The notes: generated by a model not told the origin, from the letters alone. 64,000 nt of DNA from Fibrobacteria bacterium (GCA_035913415.1 JAMIIV010000004.1:57767-121766), one strand, 5' to 3'. Positions 18,855-31,013 are shown, counted from the stretch's first letter. Numbers and translations are program-made.

Positions 18855-19588
18855 GAGCGCCTGGCCTTCCGGGCCAGGGCGAGGAAGACCTCCTGGAGGG
18901 TCTCCACGCCGTGGCGGTCCTTGAGTTCGCGCGGCGCGCCGAGGTCGGCCACGCGGCCGTCCACCAGGAAACAGGCCCGGTCGCAGTATTCGGCTTCGTC
19001 CATGTAGTGCGTGGTCACGAAGATGGTGGTCCCGCGGGATGCCTCCGCGCGGATGAGGTCCCAGAAGGCGCGACGGCTGAGGGGATCCACCGATCCGGTG
19101 GGTTCGTCGAGGAAGAGTACGGCGGGGTGGTGGACCGTGGCGCAGGCCAGGCTCAGGCGCTGCTGCCAACCCCAGGGGAGTTCCCCCGTGCGGCGATCCA
19201 GCAGGGGCTCGATGCCGGCGCGGTGCGATGCCTCCTGGAGGCGGTCGCGCAGCAGGGTCCTGTCCACCAGGTACAGCTCGGCGGAAAGCGCGAGGTTCTC
19301 CCGCAAGGTGAGATCGGGATAGAGCGAGAACTTCTGGCTCATGTACCCGATGCGGGTGCGGATCTTCCCCGTCTGGCGGAGGATGTCGAATCCGGCGACG
19401 GTGCCTTCGCCGGACGTGGGCTGCAGCAGGCCGCACAACATGCGCATCGCGGTGGTCTTGCCCGCGCCGTTGGCGCCCAGGAAGCCGTAGATCTCCCCGG
19501 TGCGGACCTCGATGTCGATGCCGTCCACCGCGGTGAACGCGCCGAATCGCCGGGTCAGGCCGCGGGTCTGGATGGCCGACCCGCTCAT
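18851..19588 (-). CDS. ABC transporter ATP-binding protein
   Basis: Walker A GANGAGKTT, signature LSGGQQ-like motif and Walker B LFLDEPT. Internal Met with an ATGA overlap. Confidence 0.85.
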   Translation of the reverse strand: MSGSAIQTRGLTRRFGAFTAVDGIDIEVRTGEIYGFLGANGAGKTTAMRMLCGLLQPTSGEGTVAGFDILRQTGKIRTRIGYMSQKFSLYPDLTLRENLALSAELYLVDRTLLRDRLQEASHRAGIEPLLDRRTGELPWGWQQRLSLACATVHHPAVLFLDEPTGSVDPLSRRAFWDLIRAEASRGTTIFVTTHYMDEAEYCDRACFLVDGRVADLGAPRELKDRHGVETLQEVFLALARKARRS

Positions 19589-20511
19589 GCCTCGCCTCGG
19601 TGGTCGCGCAAGGCGTGCATCAGCACGTCTTCGACGGTGGGGGCGACGACCAGTGCCTCGGTCGCCGCGATGCCCGCGCCGTGCAGGATTTCCAGGATCG
19701 CCTCGCGGTCCAGTTCGGCGGGGGCCAGGGCGCGCAGGTCGCCGCCGGTGGGGTAGAGCCCCAGGAGTGGCGCCGGGACGGGGGATTCCGAGGAGACAAA
19801 AAGTGTCGTATCGCCGTGCGCTTTCCAGAGGCGGCCGGGAAGGGCCGCACCCAGGGAGGCGGGGGTTCCCTGTTCCAGGATCTTCCCCTGGTGCAACAGG
19901 GCCACGCGATCGCAGAGTCCCGCTTCGTCCATGTACGGGGTGCTGACCAGGATGGAGGTGCCCCGCGAGCGCAATCCGCCCAGCATCTCCCAGAAATCCA
20001 CGCGCGTGACGGGGTCCACGCCCACCGTGGGCTCGTCCAGCAGCAGCAGGGGGGGCTTGCGGACCAGGGCGCAGCACAGGGCGAGTTTCTGCTTCATCCC
20101 GCCGCTGAGCTTGGCCGCGGGACGATCGGCGGCCGGACCCAGGCGCGAGAATTCGAGGAGCTCGTCCAGGACGGTCCGGGCTTCGGATCCGCGCAACCCC
20201 GTGATGTCGGCGGCGAAGGAGAGATTCTCGCGCACCGAGAGGTCTCCGTAGAGCGAGAAGCGCTGGGGCATGTAGCCGATGCGCAGGCGCAGGGCGCGAG
20301 GATTGGCCAGGGCGTCGGTTTCCAGCAGGGAGACGGACCCGCGCGTGGGCCGCAGCAGCGTGGCCAGGATCGAAAAGAGGGTGGACTTGCCCGCCCCGTC
20401 GGCTCCGACGATGCCGAACAGTTCGCCTTCGGAGACGGAAAACGACAATCCCTGCAGGGCCCGCTCGCCGGCGTGGTCGTGGTGGAGGTCTTCCACCGCC
20501 ACCGCCTTCAC
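19585..20511 (-). CDS. ABC transporter ATP-binding protein (second ATPase)
   Basis: GADGAGKST, LSGGMKQK and LLLDEPT motifs. GTG start. Confidence 0.85.
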   Translation of the reverse strand: MKAVAVEDLHHDHAGERALQGLSFSVSEGELFGIVGADGAGKSTLFSILATLLRPTRGSVSLLETDALANPRALRLRIGYMPQRFSLYGDLSVRENLSFAADITGLRGSEARTVLDELLEFSRLGPAADRPAAKLSGGMKQKLALCCALVRKPPLLLLDEPTVGVDPVTRVDFWEMLGGLRSRGTSILVSTPYMDEAGLCDRVALLHQGKILEQGTPASLGAALPGRLWKAHGDTTLFVSSESPVPAPLLGLYPTGGDLRALAPAELDREAILEILHGAGIAATEALVVAPTVEDVLMHALRDHRGEA

Positions 20512-20545
20512 CGAGCAGCTCCCGATCTTCGTGCCGCGCGGAAGG

Positions 20546-21454
20546 TCAACGCCAGACCTCGACGGGAAGGCCGCGCTTGAGGGCGCCCTCGGGGTTGGCC
20601 GCCAGGGCGCGGCAGCGGAACACCAGTTCGTTGCGCGATTCGCGCGTCTGCACGCCCTTGGGGGTGAATTCTGCGGTGCTGGAGATCCATGCCAGACGCG
20701 CGGGGATCCACGAGCCTTCGCCGCCGTCGTCCAATCGCAGCCGCAGCGGCTGCCCCAGCCGGACCGAAGAGAGGATCGTCTGGGGCACGAAGAATTCGGC
20801 CCACATCGTGTCGGTGCGTCCGATCTCGACCACGGGCCTTCCCGGGACTGCGGCTTCGCCTTCGCCTCGGAAACGCGTCAGCACGGTGCCGGCGGCGGGC
20901 GCGGCCAGGCGGCAGCGCGCGATCTGGTCCCGCAGGGTGACCCGCTGGGCCTTCAACACACCCGACTTCGCGCGCATCGCCGCGATCGCGGACTTCGATG
21001 CGGCCAGCCGCGCCGCCGACGTTTCCCGTAGCGTCTCCGACTCGTCCTGGGAGCGCGAGGGCGCCGCTCCGTCGGCCACCAGTGCTCGTGCCCGCGAGGC
21101 CTCGCGCTCGACGCCCCGGTGCGAGGCGGCCAGCACCCGGTGTTCCGCCTCCCGCGCGGCCACACCCGCCGACAGTTCGGCCATCGCGGCGTCCAGCTCG
21201 GACAGTTTCAGAACCAGCGGCACGGTGTCGATCGTTGCCAGAATCTGTCCACGGACCACGGTGTCGCCTTCGCGCACCGTGACCGACGCGATGGTCCCCG
21301 GCGCGGAGGGCGAGACCTTCCAGAGGTCGGCGTCGACGGTGGCCGACGAGAGGAACCCTTCACCGACCTCCCCTCGGCAGGACGTGAGGAGCAGCGTGGA
21401 AGCCGCCAGGATCGCGGGAACGGCCAGGCGCATCGGCGTGTACAAGGGCTTCAT
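20546..21454 (-). CDS. HlyD-family membrane-fusion (periplasmic adaptor) protein
   Basis: Internal Met MKPLYTPMRLAVPAILAASTLLLTSC. Coiled-coil and beta-barrel pattern. ATGA overlap with the TolC gene stop. Confidence 0.8.
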   Translation of the reverse strand: MKPLYTPMRLAVPAILAASTLLLTSCRGEVGEGFLSSATVDADLWKVSPSAPGTIASVTVREGDTVVRGQILATIDTVPLVLKLSELDAAMAELSAGVAAREAEHRVLAASHRGVEREASRARALVADGAAPSRSQDESETLRETSAARLAASKSAIAAMRAKSGVLKAQRVTLRDQIARCRLAAPAAGTVLTRFRGEGEAAVPGRPVVEIGRTDTMWAEFFVPQTILSSVRLGQPLRLRLDDGGEGSWIPARLAWISSTAEFTPKGVQTRESRNELVFRCRALAANPEGALKRGLPVEVWR

Positions 21455-22773
21455 GGTCTGCCTTCGAAGGAGAGGGGTTCGCCGGAGAGGGAACGCAAAC
21501 GCAGGGCCAATCCCGCTTCGCGCAACGACAACTGGGAGAGGCGGGCGCGCAGTTCGCTTTCGCGGAGCGTGGCGTCCAGGAGATCGTCGGGCTGCGAGGC
21601 GCCGGACGCCACCGCTCCCGCCACCGCCTGGCGAGCTTCGGTTGCCGCCTCCAGGGCAGCAGACAAGGCATCGCGTTCGCCCGCGATCCTGTCTCGCTCG
21701 TCTCGAAGCAGCGCCCATTGCGTGTCGCGCTGCAACGTGGTTCTGGCGGCTTCCAGCTCCAGGGCGCGCGATTCGGCCAGGAGCCGCCGCGAGGACGCCG
21801 AGCGCTCGAAGCCGTCGAACAGGTTCCACTGGGCCTGCACCCCGGCCACGCCCCAGGTGGTCCAGCCTTCGCCGAACTGGTTCACGCCGGGATCACCGGT
21901 CCGCACGCCCGCTTGGGCGGCCACCACGGGCCATCGTCCCGATGTGGCCGCGCCACGGGCTTCCTGGATCGATCCCGCCTGCTCCTTCAGGGCGCGTGCC
22001 AGCCACGATTCGTCGGGTTCCGCCGGGACGGACTCCGGACAGAATCCGACATCCAGCGAGTCCGCGAGGGAGCCCGGCCAGGCGATTCCCGCCAGGGCGC
22101 GGAACTCGGCGGCCAGGCTGTCCACGACGCGTCGCGTGGCGAGCGTGTCCGCCACCGCGCGCAGCAGTTCGGCTTTCGCCTGCAGGCTCTGGGCCCGGGT
22201 CGAGGTCCCGCCCTTCTCGCGCGCTTGCCAGGCCGCCATCCACGACGCCTTCGCCTGGACCCGGTCGCGGCGCAGGCGAAGCTCCACCGCTTGGATGCGC
22301 AGACCGAGGTCCACAAGCCCCATCTGCAGCGCGAGCATCGAGCGAACCTGCCGACCTTCGTGCCGCGTGGCCTCCAGGGCTCGGACTTCCCGCGCTCGGG
22401 CGTGTCGCGAAGAAAAACCGGAGAACAGCACCCAACTGGCCGTGAGTCCGGCCTCGATCCTGTCGTGGTCGCCCAGTTCCCTTTCCATGGTGAGCGGACG
22501 CGCCCCGGGAACGGGGGACGGCAGGGAGAGCTCCAATGTGGGGACTTCCGACACGTATTGCCAGCTTCCCGTCGCGTCCAGCCGCGGCAGCAGCGAGGCC
22601 CGGGTCTGGGCGACGGCCTCTTCGCGCGCCGTCTCGCGCTGGCGTGTGGCGGCCAGCGCTGGGTGGGTGGCTTCGAGGTGGCTCCACACGGCAGCCAACG
22701 GGTGCGGTTCGCAGGCGGCCTTCGCCAACGCCGACGACACCAGAACGAGGATCCATGCGCGCGCGGCGGTCAT
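21451..22773 (-). CDS. TolC-family outer-membrane efflux protein
   Basis: Internal Met MTAARAWILVLVSSALAKAA (signal peptide). Two-repeat OEP architecture, 440 aa. Confidence 0.8.
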   Translation of the reverse strand: MTAARAWILVLVSSALAKAACEPHPLAAVWSHLEATHPALAATRQRETAREEAVAQTRASLLPRLDATGSWQYVSEVPTLELSLPSPVPGARPLTMERELGDHDRIEAGLTASWVLFSGFSSRHARAREVRALEATRHEGRQVRSMLALQMGLVDLGLRIQAVELRLRRDRVQAKASWMAAWQAREKGGTSTRAQSLQAKAELLRAVADTLATRRVVDSLAAEFRALAGIAWPGSLADSLDVGFCPESVPAEPDESWLARALKEQAGSIQEARGAATSGRWPVVAAQAGVRTGDPGVNQFGEGWTTWGVAGVQAQWNLFDGFERSASSRRLLAESRALELEAARTTLQRDTQWALLRDERDRIAGERDALSAALEAATEARQAVAGAVASGASQPDDLLDATLRESELRARLSQLSLREAGLALRLRSLSGEPLSFEGRP

Positions 22774-23429
22774 CGTGCGGCCCCGCTGGGGAAGGTCGAC
22801 AAGATCACCGTGTCGGCGATGGCGCGACACCGGGCTTCGAGGAAGGCGTCGTCGAAGTTCTCCAGGATGCCCGCGGCAGGCAGGATCCGCGAATAGAGAG
22901 GACGCAGAAGGAAGGTTCCCCACACCATGGAGAACAGGTTGATCAGGATATGGACGGGCTCGACGGTGGGCTTGGCCTCATTCTTGGCCAACTGGTCCGT
23001 GACCCCTGTGAACAGCCGTTTGGCCATCGGGGCCAAGGCCTCCAGAAGGGGGGCGATGTTGCGGCCCCCATCGGACAGCTCCCGGATCATCATGCCCACG
23101 CACTCCGGGTGCTCCCGCAGAACGGTCATGTACGCGTGCACCAGCCTGCGGATCGATTGTTCCGGGGTGCTGTCCGCGGCACTGGTGGCCACCGCGACGA
23201 TGCGTCCTTTCACCATGTCGACGATGGAGCGCAGAACCGTCTGGTAGAGGCCTTCCTTGTCGCGGAAGTGGTAATGCAGCAGGGCCTTGTTGGCCCCCGC
23301 ACGGTCGGCGATCTCCTGCATGCGCGCCCCGCGCAGGCCATTCTCGATGAACTCCGTGCGGGCCGCCGCCAGGATACGCTCCCGGGTTCCGTCGTCCGCT
23401 CCCGTCGCCGTGTTGGGGCGGGGAGTCAT
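22770..23429 (-). CDS. TetR-family transcriptional regulator
   Basis: N-terminal HTH RERILAAARTEFIENGLRGARMQEIADRAGANKALLHYHF is a classic TetR_N domain. First gene of the efflux operon. Confidence 0.85.
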   Translation of the reverse strand: MTPRPNTATGADDGTRERILAAARTEFIENGLRGARMQEIADRAGANKALLHYHFRDKEGLYQTVLRSIVDMVKGRIVAVATSAADSTPEQSIRRLVHAYMTVLREHPECVGMMIRELSDGGRNIAPLLEALAPMAKRLFTGVTDQLAKNEAKPTVEPVHILINLFSMVWGTFLLRPLYSRILPAAGILENFDDAFLEARCRAIADTVILSTFPSGAAR

Positions 23430-23468
23430 GACTGCCCTCCGGTGTGCCCACGACCTTGATTGATTGGT

Positions 23469-23484
23469 TTAACCATATGGTCAA
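23469..23484. promoter_or_regulatory. near-perfect palindrome TTAACCATATGGTCAA (candidate TetR operator)
   Basis: 14 of 16 positions are symmetric. Located 40 bp upstream of the tetR start within the divergent intergenic region. Confidence 0.35.
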
Positions 23485-23514
23485 GATATCCTCCGGTCGA
23501 CCGCGAAGTCAAGA

Positions 23515-23556
23515 GGGAAAACAAAACGCCCTCCCGCGAGATGTCGCGGAAGGGCG
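23515..23556 (-). terminator. rho-independent terminator on the minus strand (13-bp GC stem, then UUUUGUUUUCCC)
   Basis: Minus-strand read: CGCCCTTCCGCGACATCTCGCGGGAGGGCG followed by TTTTGTTTTCCC. Confidence 0.4.
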
Positions 23557-23588
23557 TCGGGACGGAGATGTGGGAGAGGTGCAGCGGA

Positions 23589-23660
23589 TCAGAAGAACCA
23601 AGCGCTCTCGATCGACGTCTGCAGAGCGATCAGAAGCTGGAAGATCTGGATGGTGGCCAT
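23589..23660 (-). CDS. candidate 23-aa hydrophobic small protein MATIQIFQLLIALQTSIESAWFF
   Basis: GGAG ribosome-binding site 8 nt upstream of the ATG. Lies between a sigma-54-type promoter (23692..23712) and the terminator (23515..23556). Not in the ORF track because it is below the size cutoff. Confidence 0.25.
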   Translation of the reverse strand: MATIQIFQLLIALQTSIESAWFF

Positions 23661-23691
23661 GGTAAGTCTCCGTTAGAGGGTTGCTTCATGG

Positions 23692-23712
23692 TGTTGCAGG
23701 AAGCGTGCCAAC
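23692..23712 (-). promoter_or_regulatory. sigma-54-type promoter TGGCACGCTTCCTGCA (-24 GG / -12 GC correctly spaced), minus strand
   Basis: Reverse complement of plus-strand tgttgcaggaagcgtgccaac. Matches the TGGCAC-N5-TTGCW consensus with exactly 10 nt between GG and GC. Confidence 0.4.
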
Positions 23713-23894
23713 ACAGTGATGGAGCAACCCGAGGGAATAAACGCCATCGCTGCAGGTCGAGTACTGCAGGCCTTTGGGCGTTTGGGGCGTGGAAGACTCG
23801 AACCTGCAGGACGAGGAATCGGGACACCATTGGCCGGATGGAGTTCCTGTCGGACCATCAGAGATGGAGCGAATCCCTAGATTGGGACACGCAC

Positions 23895-25085
23895 ATGGAC
23901 AGACGAACGGCCCAGAGGGGTAAGACCAATTCGCGTGGGGGGCTAATCGTCCTGCTGGGAGCCCTGGCCGCCTTGGGTCCGTTCTCCATCGATACCTACC
24001 TGCCTGCCTTTGCGACGATGGCCGTGGACTTCCACACCGACGTGGGGCAGATCGGCCTCTCCCTGAGCTCGTACTTCCTGGGGATCTGCTTGGGGCAGCT
24101 CGCCTACGGTCCGTTGCTCGACCGCTTCGGCCGCCGTACCCCTTTGCTGTGGGGGCTGGGGCTCTACGCCGTGGCGTCGCTGCTGTGCGCCCTCGCACCC
24201 GGTGTGGTGGCCTTGGTCGCCCTGCGATTCCTGCAGGCCCTGGGGGGATGCGCCGGCATGGTCGCCGGTCGAGCCCTGGTGCGCGACTTGTTCCCGGATG
24301 ATGCCGCCGACGTCTTCAGTTCCTTGATGCTGGTCATGGGCATCGCCCCGGTGATCGCGCCTACGGTGGGGGCCGTGTTGACCGAGGCGTTTGGGTGGCG
24401 TGCCATCTTCGGTTTCCTTGCCGTGGTTTCCGTGGCGATCTGGTGGGCGATCGTTGCGCGCCTGCCCACCGTCGCCGGACCCGATCCGACCCGGAGCCTG
24501 CATCCCGTCCGGGTGGGACGCGCATATCTGAAGATCTTCGCCGAACGCGAATTCCTGGCCTGGGGTCTTTCGGGCAGTCTGGTTTCCGGGGGCTTGTTCG
24601 CCTACTTGGCCGGATGCCCCGTCGTCTTCATGGAAGTGCTCAGCCTTTCCAGCAAGGCCTTCGGCTGGGTGTTCGCGATCAACGCCCTGGGGCTGATGGC
24701 TGCCAGCCAGCTCAATCGCCGCCTGCTGCGGAGCGCGTCCCCCGAAGCGATCACCCGTGTGGTGCTGTGGAGCCAAGCAGGGACGGGCCTGTTGCTGCTG
24801 GGGTCGGCTGCGCTTGCCTTCGCTCCCGGCATTTACGCGGGGGCGTTCCTGTTCCTGTCGGGGTTGGGGTTCGCGTTCCCCAACACCTCCGCGTTGGCGA
24901 TGCGCCCCTTCGGCGAACAGGCAGGAGTGGCCTCGGCCCTGGTCGGTTCGCTGGGTATGGCCTGCGGCGCCTTGTCGTCGGGCCTGGTCAGTTTGATTCC
25001 CGGCATTTCGGCCATGCCCATGGCCGTGGGCATGGCCGTCAGCGCGATCCTGAGTGTGGTGGTCCTGGAGCTCTACCGCCGCTGA
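23895..25085 (+). CDS. MFS transporter, Bcr/CflA (DHA1) family drug-resistance efflux
   Basis: Internal Met MDRRTAQRGKTNSRGGLIVLLGALAALGPFSIDTYLPAF is typical of the Bcr/CflA N-terminus. 12 TM helices. Confidence 0.8.
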   Translation: MDRRTAQRGKTNSRGGLIVLLGALAALGPFSIDTYLPAFATMAVDFHTDVGQIGLSLSSYFLGICLGQLAYGPLLDRFGRRTPLLWGLGLYAVASLLCALAPGVVALVALRFLQALGGCAGMVAGRALVRDLFPDDAADVFSSLMLVMGIAPVIAPTVGAVLTEAFGWRAIFGFLAVVSVAIWWAIVARLPTVAGPDPTRSLHPVRVGRAYLKIFAEREFLAWGLSGSLVSGGLFAYLAGCPVVFMEVLSLSSKAFGWVFAINALGLMAASQLNRRLLRSASPEAITRVVLWSQAGTGLLLLGSAALAFAPGIYAGAFLFLSGLGFAFPNTSALAMRPFGEQAGVASALVGSLGMACGALSSGLVSLIPGISAMPMAVGMAVSAILSVVVLELYRR

Positions 25086-25223
25086 AGCTGAGCTTGGAAC
25101 TCTGGGCTCGCACCGCTTTGAATGCCTTGGAACGGTTCCGCAACGGGAGGGCAATACCGGTCGGTTTCATTGGGGTTCTTCCGGGTCACCCCCGAAGTGC
25201 CACATCCTTCCGCCGAGGCCACC

Positions 25224-26567
25224 GTGTCCATTACCTCCCTTGGGGCCAAGTTCGCCCCCCTGGCCGCTTTCACCTTCGCCGCGATCCTGTCGGGCTGCGA
25301 CGGTGCGAATGTCGCGCCTTCGAGTCCGTCTGCACCGGTGGATACCGTCGCGTCCTTCATGGTGGCATCCGACCTCCACTACATGAGCCCGGCGCTTCTC
25401 ACGGACACGTCCACGGCCGATTTCCACGCGTACCTGGCGGCCGATCGCAAGATGCTGGTCCAGAGTCCCGCCCTGCTGCAGTCGTTCCTCGACAGTGCGC
25501 GTGCCGCCAAACCCCGTTTCGTGCTGCTGACCGGCGACCTGACCAAGGATGGCGAGAAGCGCAGCCACCAGGATCTCGCCGACAGTCTGGCGACCCTGCG
25601 CGCCCAGGGCATCTCGGTCTACGTGATTCCCGGAAACCACGACGTGTACAATCCGGAAGCGGAGGCGTTCGGGCCCGCCGGAGCTTCGGCCACCCCGTCG
25701 GTCACCGATGTGGAGTTCGCCGCGATCTACCGCGAGTGCGGATTCGGCCAGGCGATCGCCCGGGACACCGCTTCGCTCTCGTACGTGGTCGATCTCATGC
25801 CCGGTGTCCGCCTGCTGGCCATGGATCCGGTGCGCTGGCGGGACAACATCGGTGCGGCCAAGGAGACCGTCGGCGGACGATTCCTTCCCCAGACGGTCGA
25901 CTGGATCCGTGCGCAGTTGCGCGCCGCGAAGGCCGACGGCAAGGTCGTCGTGGGTGCCATGCACCACGGTCTCGTGGAGCACTTCGCGGGGCAGTCGACA
26001 AATCCCGTCTCGGCCGACTACGTGGTCGCCGGCTTCGATTCCCTCGGACGCATCTTCGCCGAGGAAGGCCTGCGGGTTGTGTTCACCGGACACTTCCACG
26101 CCAACGACATCGCCACCCGCGCCGTCGGGCAGGCGACCTTGGCCGACATCGAGACCGGGTCCCTGGTGACCTCGCCCTCGCCCTTCCGCCACGGCACGAT
26201 CAGCGGATCGACGCTTTCCGTCAAGGCCTCGCGGATCCGCGGGATTCGCCAGGATCTGGGCGGGGCTTCCTTCGAGACCTGGTCGGCGAATTTCCTCCTG
26301 ACCGGGATGACCAGCCTCTCCCGCTACACCCTCCAGACCCAGTTCGGCCTGGACTCAACGACCGCCAAACAGCTCGCTCCGGTCGTGGCCTCGGCCTACG
26401 CCGCCCACTACGCCGGCGACGAGACGATGGACCCCACGACGACCGCGACGGTCACGCACCTGGCCTCGCTGAACGATCCGAGCGCGAGCTTCCTGGCCAA
26501 CGCCCTCAAGGCCCTGCGGACCGACCTCGCCCCCGAGGACGGTGCGGGTACCTTCTCCCTGCGCTGA
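25224..26567 (+). CDS. metallophosphoesterase (calcineurin-like) lipoprotein
   Basis: GDLTKDGE and GNHD motifs. Proposed GTG start giving MSITSLGAKFAPLAAFTFAAILSGC, a lipobox. The annotated ATG would give a 60-aa leader. The start is uncertain. Confidence 0.6.
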   Translation: MSITSLGAKFAPLAAFTFAAILSGCDGANVAPSSPSAPVDTVASFMVASDLHYMSPALLTDTSTADFHAYLAADRKMLVQSPALLQSFLDSARAAKPRFVLLTGDLTKDGEKRSHQDLADSLATLRAQGISVYVIPGNHDVYNPEAEAFGPAGASATPSVTDVEFAAIYRECGFGQAIARDTASLSYVVDLMPGVRLLAMDPVRWRDNIGAAKETVGGRFLPQTVDWIRAQLRAAKADGKVVVGAMHHGLVEHFAGQSTNPVSADYVVAGFDSLGRIFAEEGLRVVFTGHFHANDIATRAVGQATLADIETGSLVTSPSPFRHGTISGSTLSVKASRIRGIRQDLGGASFETWSANFLLTGMTSLSRYTLQTQFGLDSTTAKQLAPVVASAYAAHYAGDETMDPTTTATVTHLASLNDPSASFLANALKALRTDLAPEDGAGTFSLR

Positions 26568-26572
26568 GGGAG

Positions 26573-26763
26573 TGAGAAAAAACCTCCGAGCGGCCAAAAT
26601 CCGCCGCTCGTCCTGAGGAGCGAAGCGTCTCGAAGGGCGGGCGGTGGGTTCGCGAGTACAAGATGTTGTGCCCAGTGCTACGCCGCTGCCCTTCGAGACA
26701 GGGCTTCGCCCTTCCTCAGGACGAGCGGCTTTCTGGTGCACCGGTTTTTTCTCAGGCTCTGAG
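26573..26763. repeat. nested-palindromic ~190-bp element, copy A (reverse orientation of copy B at 44174..44444)
   Basis: Terminal inverted repeats GAGAAAAAACC / GGTTTTTTCTC. Inner 18-bp stem GCCGCTCGTCCTGAGGA / TCCTCAGGACGAGCGGC. Conserved core GGGCACAACATCTTGT. About 85% identical to copy B over the alignable parts. Confidence 0.5.
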
Positions 26764-26781
26764 GAGTCCGGCGAACCCGGG

Positions 26782-26818
26782 ACAAAAAACGTCCGCCTGC
26801 CGAGTGGGCTGGCGGACG
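26782..26818 (-). terminator. rho-independent terminator of icd (minus strand)
   Basis: Minus-strand read: CGTCCGCCAGCCCACTCGGCAGGCGGACG followed by TTTTTTGTCCC. Confidence 0.55.
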
Positions 26819-26842
26819 CCGGGAAAACTCGGGGTGTCTTGA

Positions 26843-29608
<2,766 letters not shown>

Positions 29609-29618
29609 AACCGAAAGA

Positions 29619-31013
29619 TCACATGTGGACGGCTTTTCCGATGGCTACCGCCGTGGCGTCGGCGATCACTTCGCTCAGCGTGGGGTGCGCGTGCATGGTG
29701 GCCAGCACGTCCTCGAGGGTGGCCTCGAGGTTCATCGCGAGATTCAGTTCGGCGATGAGTTCCGTGGCTTCCGATCCGACGATGTGCGCGCCCAGCAGCT
29801 CGTGGTGGGTTTCGCCGTAGAGCAGCTTCACGAAGCCGTCGGTGTCGCCGGTGCCCACGGCCTTGCCGTTGGCGATGAAGGGGAACTTGCCGACCTTGTA
29901 GGCGATGCCTTGCTCCTTGAGCTTGCGCTCGGTGGCGCCCACCGAGGCGACTTGGGGCTGCGCGTAGGTGCAACCGGGAACCAGGTGACCCTTGCGGGGC
30001 GTGATGCCGCCATAGATGCCGTCGATGCACTGGCCGGCTTCCCACGAGGCTTCGTGGGCCAGCCAAGGCGGGCCGTTGACGTCGCCGATGGCGTAGATGC
30101 CGGGGAGCGAGGTGGAGTAGTCGGCGTTGGTGCGCACGAAGCCGCGCTCCAGGTCGAGCTTGATGTCGGGTCCCAGGAGTCCTTCCAGACGAGCCTCGAC
30201 GCCCACGGCCACGAGCACCTTCTCGAAGGTGTCGCCGGCTTTGGGAGTCTTGCCTTCGAAGGTGGCCTTGGCGCCGTTGGCCAGGATCTCGAGTCCGGTA
30301 ACCTTGGTGCCGGTGAGGACCTCGATACCGTAGCCTTCGAACTTGCGCTGCAGCAACTTGGAGGAATCTTCGTCTTCGATGGGCAGGATGCTGGGCGCGA
30401 ATTCGACCAGGGTGACCTTGGTGCCGAAGGCGTTGTAGAAGTAGGCGAACTCGACGCCGATGGCGCCCGCGCCGATGATCAGGATGGACTTGGGGCACTC
30501 GGTGAGGGCCAGGGCCTCGCGCGAGGTCATGACCGTCTTGCGGTCGAGCACGATGCCGGGCAGGGTGCGGGGCTTGGCGCCGGTGGCGATCACGGTGTTT
30601 TCGCACTCGAGCTGTTCGGCGGGCGTGCCGTCGGCGTAGGAGACTTCCACCAGGCCGGGGCGCAGGATCGTGCCGGTGCCCTTGAAGGCGGCGATCTTGT
30701 TTTTCTTGAACAGGTGGTCGATGCCCATGGCCATCTTGTCGGCGGCCTTGCGGCTTTTGGCCACCACCTTCGCGAAGTCGAAGCTCACGCCCTCGACCTT
30801 GAATCCGTAGTCCTCGGCGTGCTGCAGGTGGATGGCGAACTCGGCTTGCTTGAGAAGCGCCTTGGTGGGGATGCAACCCCAGTTCAGGCAGGTGCCGCCG
30901 GCGCGTTCCACCTCGACCATCGCGACGCTCTTGCCGTACTGGGCGGCCTTGATCGCCGCCACGTATCCGGCGGGGCCTCCGCCGATGACCACCAGGTCGA
31001 ACTTCTGGGACAT
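29619..31013 (-). CDS. lpdA: dihydrolipoyl dehydrogenase (E3)
   Basis: Internal Met MSQKFDLVVIGGGPAGYVAAIKAAQ. FAD/NAD Rossmann folds and the redox-active CLNWGCIPTK disulfide motif. 464 aa. Confidence 0.9.
   Translation of the reverse strand: MSQKFDLVVIGGGPAGYVAAIKAAQYGKSVAMVEVERAGGTCLNWGCIPTKALLKQAEFAIHLQHAEDYGFKVEGVSFDFAKVVAKSRKAADKMAMGIDHLFKKNKIAAFKGTGTILRPGLVEVSYADGTPAEQLECENTVIATGAKPRTLPGIVLDRKTVMTSREALALTECPKSILIIGAGAIGVEFAYFYNAFGTKVTLVEFAPSILPIEDEDSSKLLQRKFEGYGIEVLTGTKVTGLEILANGAKATFEGKTPKAGDTFEKVLVAVGVEARLEGLLGPDIKLDLERGFVRTNADYSTSLPGIYAIGDVNGPPWLAHEASWEAGQCIDGIYGGITPRKGHLVPGCTYAQPQVASVGATERKLKEQGIAYKVGKFPFIANGKAVGTGDTDGFVKLLYGETHHELLGAHIVGSEATELIAELNLAMNLEATLEDVLATMHAHPTLSEVIADATAVAIGKAVHM

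Noticed and set aside
23630-23858. 66-aa and 61-aa minus-strand ORFs in the tetR-MFS intergenic region
   Set aside because: No ribosome-binding site and poor composition. The better-supported reading is the 23-aa ORF in another frame with a GGAG site, a sigma-54 promoter and a terminator.
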